A DNA stretch of 63,878 bases, filler included, from Choristocarpus tenellus KU-1152 (lineage: Eukaryota > Protista > Phaeophyceae): the NCBI GenBank assembly GCA_964200185.2. It is 9 parts of 9 records of this genome, joined end to end, with 100 filler letters (N's around TTAATTAATTAA, not from the genome) between each part and the next. Parts side by side here need not be neighbours in the genome. Positions count along the whole stretch, not along the records: positions 1 to 18,414 come from CAXNAD020000555.1; 8 more parts are not named here. The stretch is one strand, 5' to 3'. Of this stretch, positions 1-11,586 are shown in pieces (position 1 is the first letter of the stretch; every line of letters begins with the position of its first letter). The notes under the pieces are model-generated. The model ran no database searches, was not told the origin of the DNA, and saw only the letters and a program-made list of their open reading frames with translations. The position numbers were made by a program, and so were the translations under genes.

Positions 1-171
1 GCCCGCCCTTAGCTGTCAGGGGTGGTGGTGGTGGGGGTGGTGGCAGTAAAGAGTTTCGGAATGAAACCTCGTGCTTGTCCTTTCCTCTTTCCCCGTGATT
101 AGTGCAAATACCCTCAATCCCCTCTAGTCCTGGAATCGATACATTCCAATAGTTTTCTTCAGCCCCAGGGT

Positions 172-2259
172 TTATGGCTGTATCCTTGTAGAGGTGGGAA
201 GTGCCACCTGCAGAGATAGCACTAATGGTTGACAGGGTTGGTTGCTGACCTTGTCGTTCCTCACTTCGGCATGTGCCCCCACTAACTGCCTTGCAGGAGT
301 TGGGAAAGTTACACAGACTTGGCTGCAGCAGCGAATGCTGCCTGTTCCGGTGTCGCTCCAGATGATATTTGTTTGCTTTCCACATTTGCAGCAGGGTAAC
401 TGTCTTAGGTAAGGCGTCTGAAAAGAGAGCAGTCGGCTTTGGTCCAAGCGAGTCTGAGTCCACATGCCCCAAAGTACCATTGGTCTGACCACGGAATGCT
501 GCCTCGAGGAGGTAAAGACAATGCTCTGCAGGAGAGGTAGCACCCAGGGCCTCAGAGAGAATGAAGAGGGGGAGAAGTTCCGTTGGATTAAGGCCCATCA
601 TATCCCCGGGAATATTTTCGGTCGTTTCCACATGTGGGTAATGGATCGGGTAATTGGCTGCAGGAGACGATATCCCAGCCTCTACAATACTCCTTGCTCG
701 CCCAACGATCGTCGCATCATTTATCAGGGTGGATCGGTGAGGTACTGGTGAAAGGGAGATGGTGGAAGGACCGAGGGGAGACATTGGTAGCATGGGTGGG
801 GGTAGGTGCGGTCTTTGTTGAAGCGTTGAAGATTATTTTCTCCACATTTCTAAAGAATAGCCAGAATGTCATAGACATGCTTGTCATCAGAAGAATTTAA
901 TCGTCCTTCCCACTGGCCATGAAACTTACTTGAATCCCATGCAACCTCCTGAACAGCATCACATAGCTTCCGGAACATTCCCTCGCTCAGGTGGAGACTG
1001 GAACACGCTTCCTTACACAAATATTGTAGTCCTGTGGATGTCCCCCCTATCCCACCTTCTGGATGCCTTTCCAGGTCTATGACCCGTCCCCTCAGGATAT
1101 ATCTCCTCAGATTTTCGAGGAACTTTTCGACTTCTCGTTCAGTGTTATCCTCTATGGCATTGCCCAAGTTTTTTCGTCGCAAGAATGTCAAAGTCGACAC
1201 AATACGTGGCGTCTGTGTAGCTGTGTGAAGTAGATGGATAAGATCGTTCCTCGTGAACACGGCCGTGCTTAGAACATTATTGCCCCTCGTCCGCAGCGCA
1301 GACTCCAGGTGTAACACATCCGATGATGCAGTAAGGTGGCCTTGCATCTTCTTTCTTGATGGAATAATAGTAGTGGCATTAGGTACCTATTCAAACACAT
1401 GGTTCATACCCTAAACAAGAAGCAAGATATCATTCAAAGATACACAAGAGCAGGCCTTCCAACGCTTTTATAACTACATACCACATATTTTAAAACTTTC
1501 CAGGAAGGCTTTTACGTGACTCTCACAACAAGAAGTTAGTTAAGAGAGGAGGATGGTTGATTAGACTGGCGGTTGTACTAGGTAAAGGAGATTTAAGGTT
1601 CAAGGTCGGCTATTTCATCAATCTCCTGGGAAAGCGGTGTGCAACTTGGTGAAGGTTTGGAACGACACCCATTGGCCGACGGGGTCGTGTGGGCCGATAC
1701 TCGGCCCCCCTCCGTGGCTCATGATCCGCAATGTTCTCATCATGGCCAGCAGTGGTCTAGTGCTCTTCTCCAAGGAATTTGTGAACTCCTTATCGCAGGT
1801 AAGATATCGATGATGTGTGCGGATTCGTTTGCAAGGTGGGAAGTCCCCCAGGATCCTATCGACTCGACTCATCGGCGAGGTTGTATCAACATCCGTTTTT
1901 TTGTTGATCATCTCCCCAATAGTCACCGTTCCCCTCATGCAATCGGACGCGTGTGTGGTCGCAGCCACGAATGGTTGGATCACTTCTTACAGCTATGCTG
2001 GAGTTCTCGGTCTTGACAGCCGGGATGCAGGTCTCCTATGTCGAGCTCACAAACGTAGCCGTGACACTAGTTGCAAACGACAAGAACAAGATATTTTGCG
2101 CCCTGTTTCACGATCGAGAGGACGGCGCGACATTTGGACGGCTGATAGCTTCGGAGGTAAACAAAAGCTGATAGGGGTTCCCATGAAAAAACGTGTAGAC
2201 AGTTTGTCCTTGATAATTTCTTTGTTACTGACGGGGAAAGTGTTTAAACGGCGGTGCAT
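172..2259 (-). pseudogene. Fragmented coding-like region of unknown identity, probably a decayed mobile element
   Basis: Several intronless minus-strand ORF pieces (2047-2259, 1618-1983, 850-1347, 172-543) separated by stops or frameshifts; Cys cluster CCKCG..CCSQVC; no family recognised. Confidence 0.25.
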
Positions 2260-3987
2260 TCTACTCAGTTGGTGGGAGGTAGTAAATGAATTAAAAAACC
2301 CGAATACTTGGAAAAAGGAGTAGTATTTATCGAAACGATATGCGCTCTTGACGTCGTGCTGTCAGACCTTAGCAGTATCTGCTGTGTATATAGTTATCAA
2401 CCCTAGTCCTATCTGACCACTTCCCAATGCATTTCATATCTCATCGCTGATGAGACGGAAACACCCTGCAGTATCTTTGGTAACACTCATGCATTGAAAA
2501 TCGCTCCCCGCAGGTGCTCAACTCATTCTCTGAGGTATATGCCAGCGACCTAGCAAACGCAGCTTCGAGTCTCAACCTGAAGGACTTCAGGCCCTTCCAA
2601 CACCGCATATCTGACATCGTGCGGAAGTCTGTCCAGCCAGTGTTAAGCAACTGTAAGAGTCTCCCCCCTCCCCCTATCTCAATCCAGATACTGGGAAATA
2701 CTAGGAGAAGGCCGGACCAGAGAATAAAATGTTTTGGTCAAGTTTACTACTACGTACTTCTCTCTGGGTGGCAATTGAAAGCAAAGCATGTAAATGACAA
2801 TTCCCAGCATGAGTTACATTGCAATCCATGTGCAGGTTGAGACACTGGATGAATATTGTATTGATGCGTCAGATTGTGTGTGTGTGCTTCCACTTGTGCC
2901 ACCATATCTGCAGTTGGTTTTGGTTCCCTTGCCTTTAACTCAGCTGTATCTATCAACTCTGTCCTTGTCCTGAGCTTGTGCGAATGGGTGATATCCCCAG
3001 GATAGATGTGGTCTATGACTTGGTTCGTCAGATGGATTGCTTAACTTGATGAATGCTTGACTCTTGACTCCTACTACCGAAGCCACTGAGTCCACATTGG
3101 GTGGGAGAAAAAATAGATTGAATATGGGAGGAGATTCGAATCAAAGGGTGTTTTTGATGCATGGATGGATTCGCTTACACAAGTCTGTCACTATGTGCCA
3201 CGCCCATTAGTTCTGGTGAGATTGCAAAACAAAAGCAAGCAAAGATTGGTCCCATTCTCGCTTGACCTTGTGCTGCTTTCATTTTTTCTCTATCCAATTC
3301 CCCGCCCTGCTCTGCACTTTTCATTTTGTTCTCAATCTTTTTTTTTGTTCCTGACACTCTCTCTCTCTCTCTTTGGATGCCAATCAACACCTTTGGGGGC
3401 TGGACAATTGGCAACAAACACACACATACGCACACAAAAATCACCAGTGGGGCATATAAAGGGGATTGCGAGATGTGTTTTGGTCATGGAGACAATGCAA
3501 ACATTTCACACAACGGAGATTGATCCACTGGGGCTGCTCGCTAACCTCCAGGCGCTCTCCAGCCTGTCCATTGACATAAGTGAGTTGTACTCTTATGGTT
3601 GAAAGTGTCCATGGAAAGTGGTGGGTGGGAGCAGGGGCAAGTTGGGGGGAGTGGTTGTAAGGAACACTCATTGCTGGTAGATACATTGTGAAAAAATTAA
3701 CGTGTGGTGCAGCACTGTTGCTGTGTCGTTATGCTTGTCTTGCACTGATGACTCTTCACTGCTCTGGAGCAATGGCTCTGGAGTGCCACAGAATAATGCA
3801 ACTCGTTTGTACTTGAGCATTTTTTTGCATCGATAGGCATTGCTGGTAAGGTGTAGTCAGAGTCAGCCAATATATATTTTTTCTTACACTCTTTGTTCCC
3901 CATCAGACGTAACATCAGTGTCCATTCTCTGAGTATTTGTGCTATGAACCAGTAGGACTCATGGCTCGAAGTAGATCAACTCAGGCA

Positions 3988-4386
3988 ATTTCGATTAACT
4001 TGATTCGATTAACTTGATTCGATTAACTTATTTCGATTAACTTGATTCGATTAACTTGATTCAATTAACTTATGTCAATTAACTTAGTTCGATTAACTTG
4101 ATTGGATTGACTTGATTCGATTAACTTATTTCGATTAACTTGATTGGATTAACTTGATTGGATTAAGTTTTTTCGATTAACTTGATTCGATTAACTTGAT
4201 TCGATTAAGTTATTTCGATTAAGTTATTTCGATTAACTTGATTCGATTAACTTGATTCGATTAACTTGATTCGATTAACTTATTTCGATTAACTTGATTC
4301 GATTAAGTTATTTCGATTAAGTTATTTCGATTAACTTGATTCGATTAACTTGATTCGATTAACTTATTTCGATTAACTTGATTCGA
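3988..4386. repeat. 14-bp minisatellite (TTCGATTAACTTGA)n, about 28 units
   Basis: Direct tandem units with minor variants (TTCGATTAAGTTAT, TTGGATTAACTTGA); no spacers. Confidence 0.97.
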
Positions 4387-5539
4387 GTGTTAGTGCACAA
4401 TGCAATTGGTACATTGTTGTGTGAGGCAAAAATCCTGGTGAGGGGCCAGTCGGAGTTGGATTTTTTTATTGAAACTGATTTTTGTGTTCTCTCTCCACTG
4501 CCAATATCATGATCTTCTGCGATATGTGAGGTGGGATACTTATTGCCCTTGTTTTGTTTGATGAGAAAGGCTGAAGAATACGTGACCGTGTGGGTTTGTA
4601 AAGAAAGAGGGATTTCTTATCATTTGAAACAGACGTTTCTGTTGAGTACTTCTACTACTACTACTACCCCTCCTACTCCTACTACTCCTATTATTATTAG
4701 ATGCCCAGTGACATCCTTGCGATGCGATTGGAGGAGAGGATAGAACGTACATTGGACGCAGTGGTGATGAGTGACCAACAGAGACTGCTTTGGATAGAGA
4801 GGTCATAGAAGTACTACGATGAAGAAATAAGGTTCCTCTGAACAAGGTTCATAATCGGCATAGTAATGATTATGACATGATTCATAAAATGATAAGGAAC
4901 AAGTAACCAATGACAAACAATGCGGCATTACTCTTCATCTACTTGGACACAACGCTGTGAATCCCAGCTCTAGAAAATTGACTCTGGCTTTCACCCAGCA
5001 CCTGGGAACTGGATTCCTCCAGTCTTGAGGTGTCAGGTTCTCTCTTGACATTCTTGGCATCATGTCATATGTCCACATTGAACCAGATGCTACATGTAAA
5101 GTCAAAAAGTCCCGATGTAGCAACAAGGTCCAATCTAATACCTACCGATGTAGCAATATCCCCAGTGAACAGAACATACTCTCTATGTAAATACTGCCTG
5201 TGAAGCAGGAGGGTCCAAAATATGGTAGTCAAGCATTGATTACGCATGGCGAGGAGGAAGGCCTCATTCATCACCACTGAAGTGGTTCATTGAACCCACT
5301 TCTCTCATCACTCACTTGAAGGCAAGGTGTCAGCTTGATGTAGTCCACTTCAGCTTTGTGCTGACTGCTCCATGCCCTCTCATCCCGGCTTGCACCACCC
5401 CTCCTCTGCCAACACCTGAACTTCTGAACTTCCACCACGATGTTCAAGGGAACCTCTTCTTAAGCCCTTGAGTGTCCTAGTTGGACAGGGCTGCTACCTC
5501 TCTGAGAGGTAGTGTATGTTTTGTGTGCCGTATGTTCCC

Positions 5540-6096
5540 AGTCATTGTCAATAGTGATGAAGTCATTATCAATATTAGTGAAATCACTATCAATAGTAAA
5601 GTCACTATCAATATTAGTGAAGTCATTATCAATATTAGTGAAGTCACTGTCAATAGTGGTTCATGATCGATATTAGTGGAAGTCAATGTCAATATTAGTG
5701 AAATCACTATCAATATTAGTGAAATCATTGTCAATATTAGTGAAGTCAAATCATTAGGTGAAATCACTATCAATATTAGTGGAAGTCATTGTCAATATTA
5801 GTGAAATCACTATCAATATTAGTGAAATCATTGTCAATATTAGTGAAATCACGATCAATATTAGTGAAATCACTATCAATATTAGTGAAATCATTGTCAA
5901 TATTAGTGAAGTCATTATCAATATTAGTGAAATCACGATCAATATTAGTGAAATCACTATCAATATTAGTGAAATCATTGTCAATATTAGTGAAGTCATT
6001 ATCAATATTAGTGAAATCACTATCAATATTAGTGAAATCACTATCAATATTAGTGAAATCACTATCAATATTAGTGAAATCACTATCAATATTAGT
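5540..6096. repeat. 21-bp minisatellite (CAATATTAGTGAAATCACTAT)n, about 26 units
   Basis: Direct tandem units; accounts for the repetitive ORFs on both strands (INISEIT/SLILIVI/SILVKSL). Confidence 0.97.
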
Positions 6097-6394
6097 GAGT
6101 CAAAGTAAACGAGAGGTACCCAGAGTTGCATTTTAAGGATGCTGGCAAATATTTGCAAAATACAACATTTTTTTAACATGATGTGCGTATAGGATATTTT
6201 CCGAATTTGTACTAAATATACCCTCGTTGTTGGAAAAGTTCAAACAATAGAGAAATATACCCTCTCAAGTCAAACTTAGCACTTCACCCATAGAAGTATA
6301 CTTTGGAATATGGGTGTCAATAAAAAAATATTGACAAACTGGCTTACAATGAAAAAAAAGGTAAACTCTGGGTACCTCTCATTTACTTTGGCTC
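6097..6394. mobile_element. MITE class D (298 bp) of the CAAAGTA-terminus group
   Basis: 31-bp TIRs GAGTCAAAGTAAACGAGAGGTACCCAGAGTT (6097-6127) / AACTCTGGGTACCTCTCATTTACTTTGGCTC (6364-6394), 2 mismatches; second truncated copy at about 15356; no clear TSD. Confidence 0.85.
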
Positions 6395-7081
6395 ATATCC
6401 TTCCTTACTGGCTCTATCTCGATGGTGTCAACCACTTTCTAAATTAAATTATTTATTGCTCTGCCTGGCCCTGAATTAAACCATGCTACAGTCTTCTTTT
6501 GGAACACTCTAGAGATCCTCGGCCCTTGGGTTGAGGCAGGTGAACAGCACTCCTGCTTCCCCCTGAGTCTGTTTTTTTTAGTCTGTTTTTTTGGTCTGCC
6601 TAGGGTTAGGGTTAGAGGCTTAGCGTAGTACATGACACTGAACCTATCCATTACCAACGTGGTTTGCATAGTTTAGGGTTAGGGTTAGGGTTATGGTTCA
6701 TCTTACCTTTCTGCGTAGAGCCTTGTGTCCTCCTTTGATCCAGTACTAGTTCGTCCTGCTCCTCCTGTTAACAACAGAAAAGTTCGGGAAAGGGTACAGT
6801 GATAGTAGATTGTACCTTTTGCTGTTGGAGCTCAATGGGTTGGCTACCGATGTAGGGGGTGATGGGGGTCTCTAGTGGCCTCGCCAGCACTGTTGGTGAG
6901 GTAGGTCTCGGGTATGCTTTTGGTGGTGATACAGAAAAGGAGGAAAAAATAAGATTTTGAAAAGTGCAAAACAAGGGAATATTTTTCTTTTTGTGGTTTA
7001 GGTCATGTGTGATAGGTGATTGGATTGATCGAGCTGGTAAAGCTGTGAGGGTTTATCACTCTACACATCGAAGAGCATACG

Positions 7082-7230
7082 TTATCATTATTATTATTAT
7101 TATTATTATTATGACTATTATTATTATCATTATTATGACTATTATTATTATTATTATTATTATTATTGTTATTATGACTATTATTATGGCTATTATTATT
7201 ATCATTATTAATATTATTATTATGACTATT
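7082..7230. repeat. (ATT)n microsatellite
   Basis: Imperfect ATT run; source of the poly-Ile ORF. Confidence 0.95.
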
Positions 7231-8038
7231 CTTATGTACGTACAGTTACAGTTGATGATGTCATCTCTCCTCTTGATAGTATGCTATCACCTTCAAGTCT
7301 TGTGTGGTGTTGGCAAGGCATCATGGAGATGTGTTTTGGCGGTCTATCTGTCTTAATGTCTTGTGTTTTCGTAAACAGCGCAGCTTAGGTTAAGGTTGCC
7401 TTTTAGCTGGGCGCTGCTACTGTAGGTTTTCTATTTGCTGCTGTGGATCTCGTGCGTTCTCTTCGTGCGTTTGCATGGTGCGTTTGGTGTGTTTGGTGTG
7501 CGTTCTTACAGAACCTCACCTATGAGGCAAAAAAAAATGGTGCAAAGTTTCATTTTGTGAGGAAACACAAGTTGCCTCATAGGTGCAAAGTTCCTGAATT
7601 TTTTCATCTCGTTACCGTGTGTGGGGGACATTTGAAAGAGATCTTGTACCTGCTTTTTTGTTCTGGTGACAGTTACATTTACAGTTACAACTATTGTACG
7701 AACAGCTCCGCGTCAGGTTACACTTATGTTTCAAAAAATAAATATATATATATATATATATATATCGTAGATATTTTAGTAACTGTATCAGGGGTTTCTT
7801 GGACTCTAAATACAGTGTTGATTGATGATTTTTTTTTTTTTTATCATTGAGGTGAATGTGCCTTTTCAAGTATCATATGTATAGTTTTTCTGAATCTTGA
7901 CAACAGTAGTCCTTCTATTGTAAAATTTGAATAGCAAAGCGGACGCTTCAAAATTTTTGTTATTGCACTGTATGTGAGAAATCAGTTGCCTGACAAGGGA
8001 TATTTTATTGACAGAACATTACCCGAGTGTCATCCCCT

Positions 8039-8086
8039 TTAGGGTTAGGGTTAGGGTTAGGGTTAGGGTTAGGGTTAGGGTTAGGT
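8039..8086 (+). repeat. Interstitial telomere-like (TTAGGG)n tract
   Basis: About 7 perfect TTAGGG units; shorter tracts at about 6600, 6673, 47907, 48243, 50700, 50928, 51393, 53221, 53884, 54472, 55200. Confidence 0.95.
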
Positions 8087-8697
8087 TCAGGTCTACCAGT
8101 GATGTTGTCCACTGTATCAGTACAAGTGTAGTGTTTGTTTTTTACAAGATGTCTGTGTGCTGCTCTGAGCCTGTTTATTGGATATGTCTATTGGATATGT
8201 CATATATTTAATGGATATGTGAAAGCAGTAAATAATAAATGAAGCTGTGTGTGTGCAAAATGTATGTATGTATATATATTTCTCTTGTTTCAGTAAGAAT
8301 ATTGTCTTGAGTCTGAATTGTCTACTAGGGGAGTGGGAACTGCTTGATTTTTGATTGTCATGCAGTTTCTCGGTGGGGATAGATTATTTTTTTATTGTTA
8401 TTTTTCAACTTCAAAAAAAAAAAAGAGGAGTGGAGTTTTTGCTTCTTTTGGGGGCAAGAAAAAGAAAGTGCTGTTATGTGTGCACGTGTGTGCGCTTGAA
8501 ATTTATATATTTTTATTTATATTTTTTTAATGGGTGCTTCAATACCATCTATGTACGTATTTATTTTGAGTGTTGTGGTTGTCATCTGCAGGCATTGAAA
8601 GTTATACCCTTATTGATATTTGATATTTATCTTGATCGGAGGTTGTTTTCATTTTTTTTAAACAGAATTATATGATGACCGTGACAGCACTATTTAG

Positions 8698-11552
8698 AGC
8701 TTTTAGACCTTGAAGGCGTTTCGATTCTTCAGTCATGTTTGGTCAGCAGTGAAGAGTATCTGGTGATCAAGGTGAATATCTCTGTACAATGGATATCATC
8801 ATCAGATCCCCTACTTGCTCTTTTTTATTGACATTATTTTAAACATTAGGTTTGATCTTCTTACACCCTATAACCCTAAAGGGGAGTGTTTTTGTTGTAG
8901 TAGTGTTGTTGTAGTGTTGTTAATTGTTGTGATTCGATTGGGTCGGTTCTTTTTTGAATCAGAGAGTGATCTAGTTTAACACATATTAGATTCGATTGAA
9001 TTGTTCCTTTGAACTATTTTATTATATTTTATTATATTTTATTTTATTGCGATTAATCGTGCGTCTCAGTTTGTGGGCTGTGTGAACATCTTGATTGCAA
9101 TTCTAAAGTACTTCACTAATAAGAAAAATGTCTCTTTTGAAAGAGCAACTTGAAAAAAAAAGGGCTTATTGATGATTTATCGCTTCAATTTTTTTTTTAT
9201 ATTCACAACTTACTGCACTCCCAAGTACACCAACTATTTGTTTAATGTGGATAACTTTCTCACCAATACCTGAGTGATAACAGCATGCACACACACATGT
9301 CAATGTGTTTTAATGGGGGTTTCAGTTCTATGGTTGGCGGTGCAGTGTGGCTTGAGTAAGAAAGAAACCACTACTGCTGTTTATGGGAAGTGCACAGCGC
9401 CATTGTGCTCAATCGTCAGTCTCATTACTTTTTTTTGTCTGGGGACTGTCCCTACCCGTGGTCAGAGGCACAAACCAACTGCTGTCCTCCTTGCACTAAT
9501 AACTTCTAACTACTACTATTACTATTACTACTAATTACTACTGTGCTGTTGTTGTGCTGTAAGTATTTTGACTAGCTATGACTAGCTATGATCATTCCTT
9601 TCCTTTTTACCTTTCCTTTTTACCCTGTTGGTACTACTTTGGTTTATGTCTACTGCTGCCCATCACCCCGCCTCACTCCCTCCAATCTTGGGCTGAACCT
9701 GCTTCCCCAGGGTTGCCCTGCAATGAAAATCCCTGATACCTAGTTGTTTGTTATTTTTTTGTGATACACTAAAGTATGCATGTGTGTATGTGTGTATATA
9801 AAAGCAATAGAGACCATCATTGTACAGACAGGTGTGTTGTCAAAGTCTGAAAAATTCAAAACAAATCAAAACAGGTACCTGTGAAAAGAAGTCTGGCATT
9901 GATGGGTTTGAAAGACCTGTGAAACTCATGCAGGGAACAGTCTCTGTCAACAACTGAGCTGTGAGGATGCTCATTCTCTGCTCGATTTTGAAGTGGGTGA
10001 AAAATCGGGAATTTTTCTAGATTAGTTGGAGACTCACAAAACAAATAAGAACCATTTGTGTTTTATTTGTATTTTGCTTAGAATACGGGGCTACTTAAAA
10101 AATGAAAAATTACTTCATTTCCTTGCGGTCACCTCGTGATATAAATAAAAATATAAATTTAGATATGAATTTGTTCAGTTCACAACTCTGGTAATAGTAT
10201 ATGAGTAGAGGATAGAATACTCCTACAATATGAACCACCCCCCCCCCCCCCCATCTCACCGTACTTTTGGCGAAACAATTTTTTTATTGGATGAGAAAGG
10301 AAGGTATTTTGTGATGGAGCACTTGAAATGTTTTTTTGATATTATAATCAAAATGGAAGGTTCTTTGAATTGAAAAATGATATGGACCATCCCATCATCC
10401 AATATAGAGGTTAGGTTTGAAAAATATTTTTATTTTTGGGGGGGTTCGGCACCGGCAGTGAATCTGCCCCTGTGTTTTTTGTCTAATGATCCTTGCATAT
10501 ATTTTTTTGTTAAGGATAAGGATGGTATATGATTTACACTCTCAGGTTTTTCTAAAAAGGTACATGTTTTCTTGTACAGTAGAGTGTTGTTTCTTTTTTA
10601 TTGTTTGGGTTGCATGAGTGAACTAAAAAAAGAAAATATAGTTGGATTGCATTGTGTGAAGTAGCTGACAAGACCCTATTTTTATGTCTCGACATTGAAC
10701 TGAGGTGGTAGCATTTCGAAGGCGTTTTCGATCCAGGAGTATTTTTTTTTTTTACTGTAAGTACAAAAAAAGGAGTGAATTCCTTGGTAATTATTTTTAA
10801 TGCGCTCAACATAATGAACTGCAAGTTGATCGTAATTTCTGTTTATTTTCTGGTTTCTCGTCTTTGAAACTCCCCTACTGTACTTTGATGGATTGTTTCC
10901 TTTTTATTATACAGTGGCACATGCTGGAGACAGGTGTCATACTATGACATTGGAGAGCAATAGCAACTCCCGAATACTATTGTGGAAGATTTACAAGTGG
11001 ACGCTGGTTGTGGCCGTGAACAAGTGGGTTTTTACGTAGTTTTGGTAGGCGGTGCATGAATTGGGGTGCACAGTCTGTGGGGTTTTGTGTCGTCAGGGTG
11101 GTAATAATTGTTGAATCAATAATGATAAGAAGAAAAGTAATCGAGTCTACCTGAGGTTAGGGTTGGGGTCAAAAGAGGGGAAGTGTTGAGGATGGCAGGC
11201 GTTGTTCATTATTTGATGCAAGCCGTGTAGTTGATGATTGATCTCTGTGAAGGACAAGTCTCAATGAGCACGTGCGTGTGTGAGGCGAGCACATGTGTGC
11301 TTGAAATGAGGAAGTTAATGTGTGAAAGGAGTGAGGTGCAAATCTGTTGAGAGGAGGTGTGATTAGGTCCCATTGTTTTGTTCATTTTGTAGTTGACTTG
11401 AGGAAATTCCTGCACTTATCCTTGTTGATAGTTTTACAGGATGTAGTGTATTCCATCCCCACCCAACCGTCCATCTGTCCGTCCCCCAACCGTTTTTTTC
11501 AGATTAAAAATAAAAAATTAGCATGTTGATGTATCATTTCGGTTCACTTTTG

Positions 11553-11586
<34 letters not shown>

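Noticed and set aside
3123-3207. Minus-strand tRNA-like unit around GATTCGAATC
   Set aside because: Weak A box and no foldable D, anticodon or T stems
4935-5475. Possible chromodomain/integrase tail of an LTR element on the minus strand
   Set aside because: Only vague similarity with multiple stops; no diagnostic motif
3988-6096. 14-bp and 21-bp arrays as CRISPR arrays
   Set aside because: Head-to-tail repeats without unique spacers, no cas genes, eukaryotic context
5477-6179. Repetitive ORFs (INISEIT, SLILIVI, SILVKSL) as heptad proteins
   Set aside because: By-product of a 21-bp unit lacking stops in several frames on both strands; no start or splice context
6964-7356. Poly-Ile membrane-like ORF (and poly-Asn ORF 46999-47244, RVRVRV ORF 8008-8211)
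   Set aside because: Translations of ATT/AAT/TTAGGG simple repeats
8039-8086. TTAGGG tract as a true chromosome end
   Set aside because: Short, internal and flanked by unique sequence on both sides
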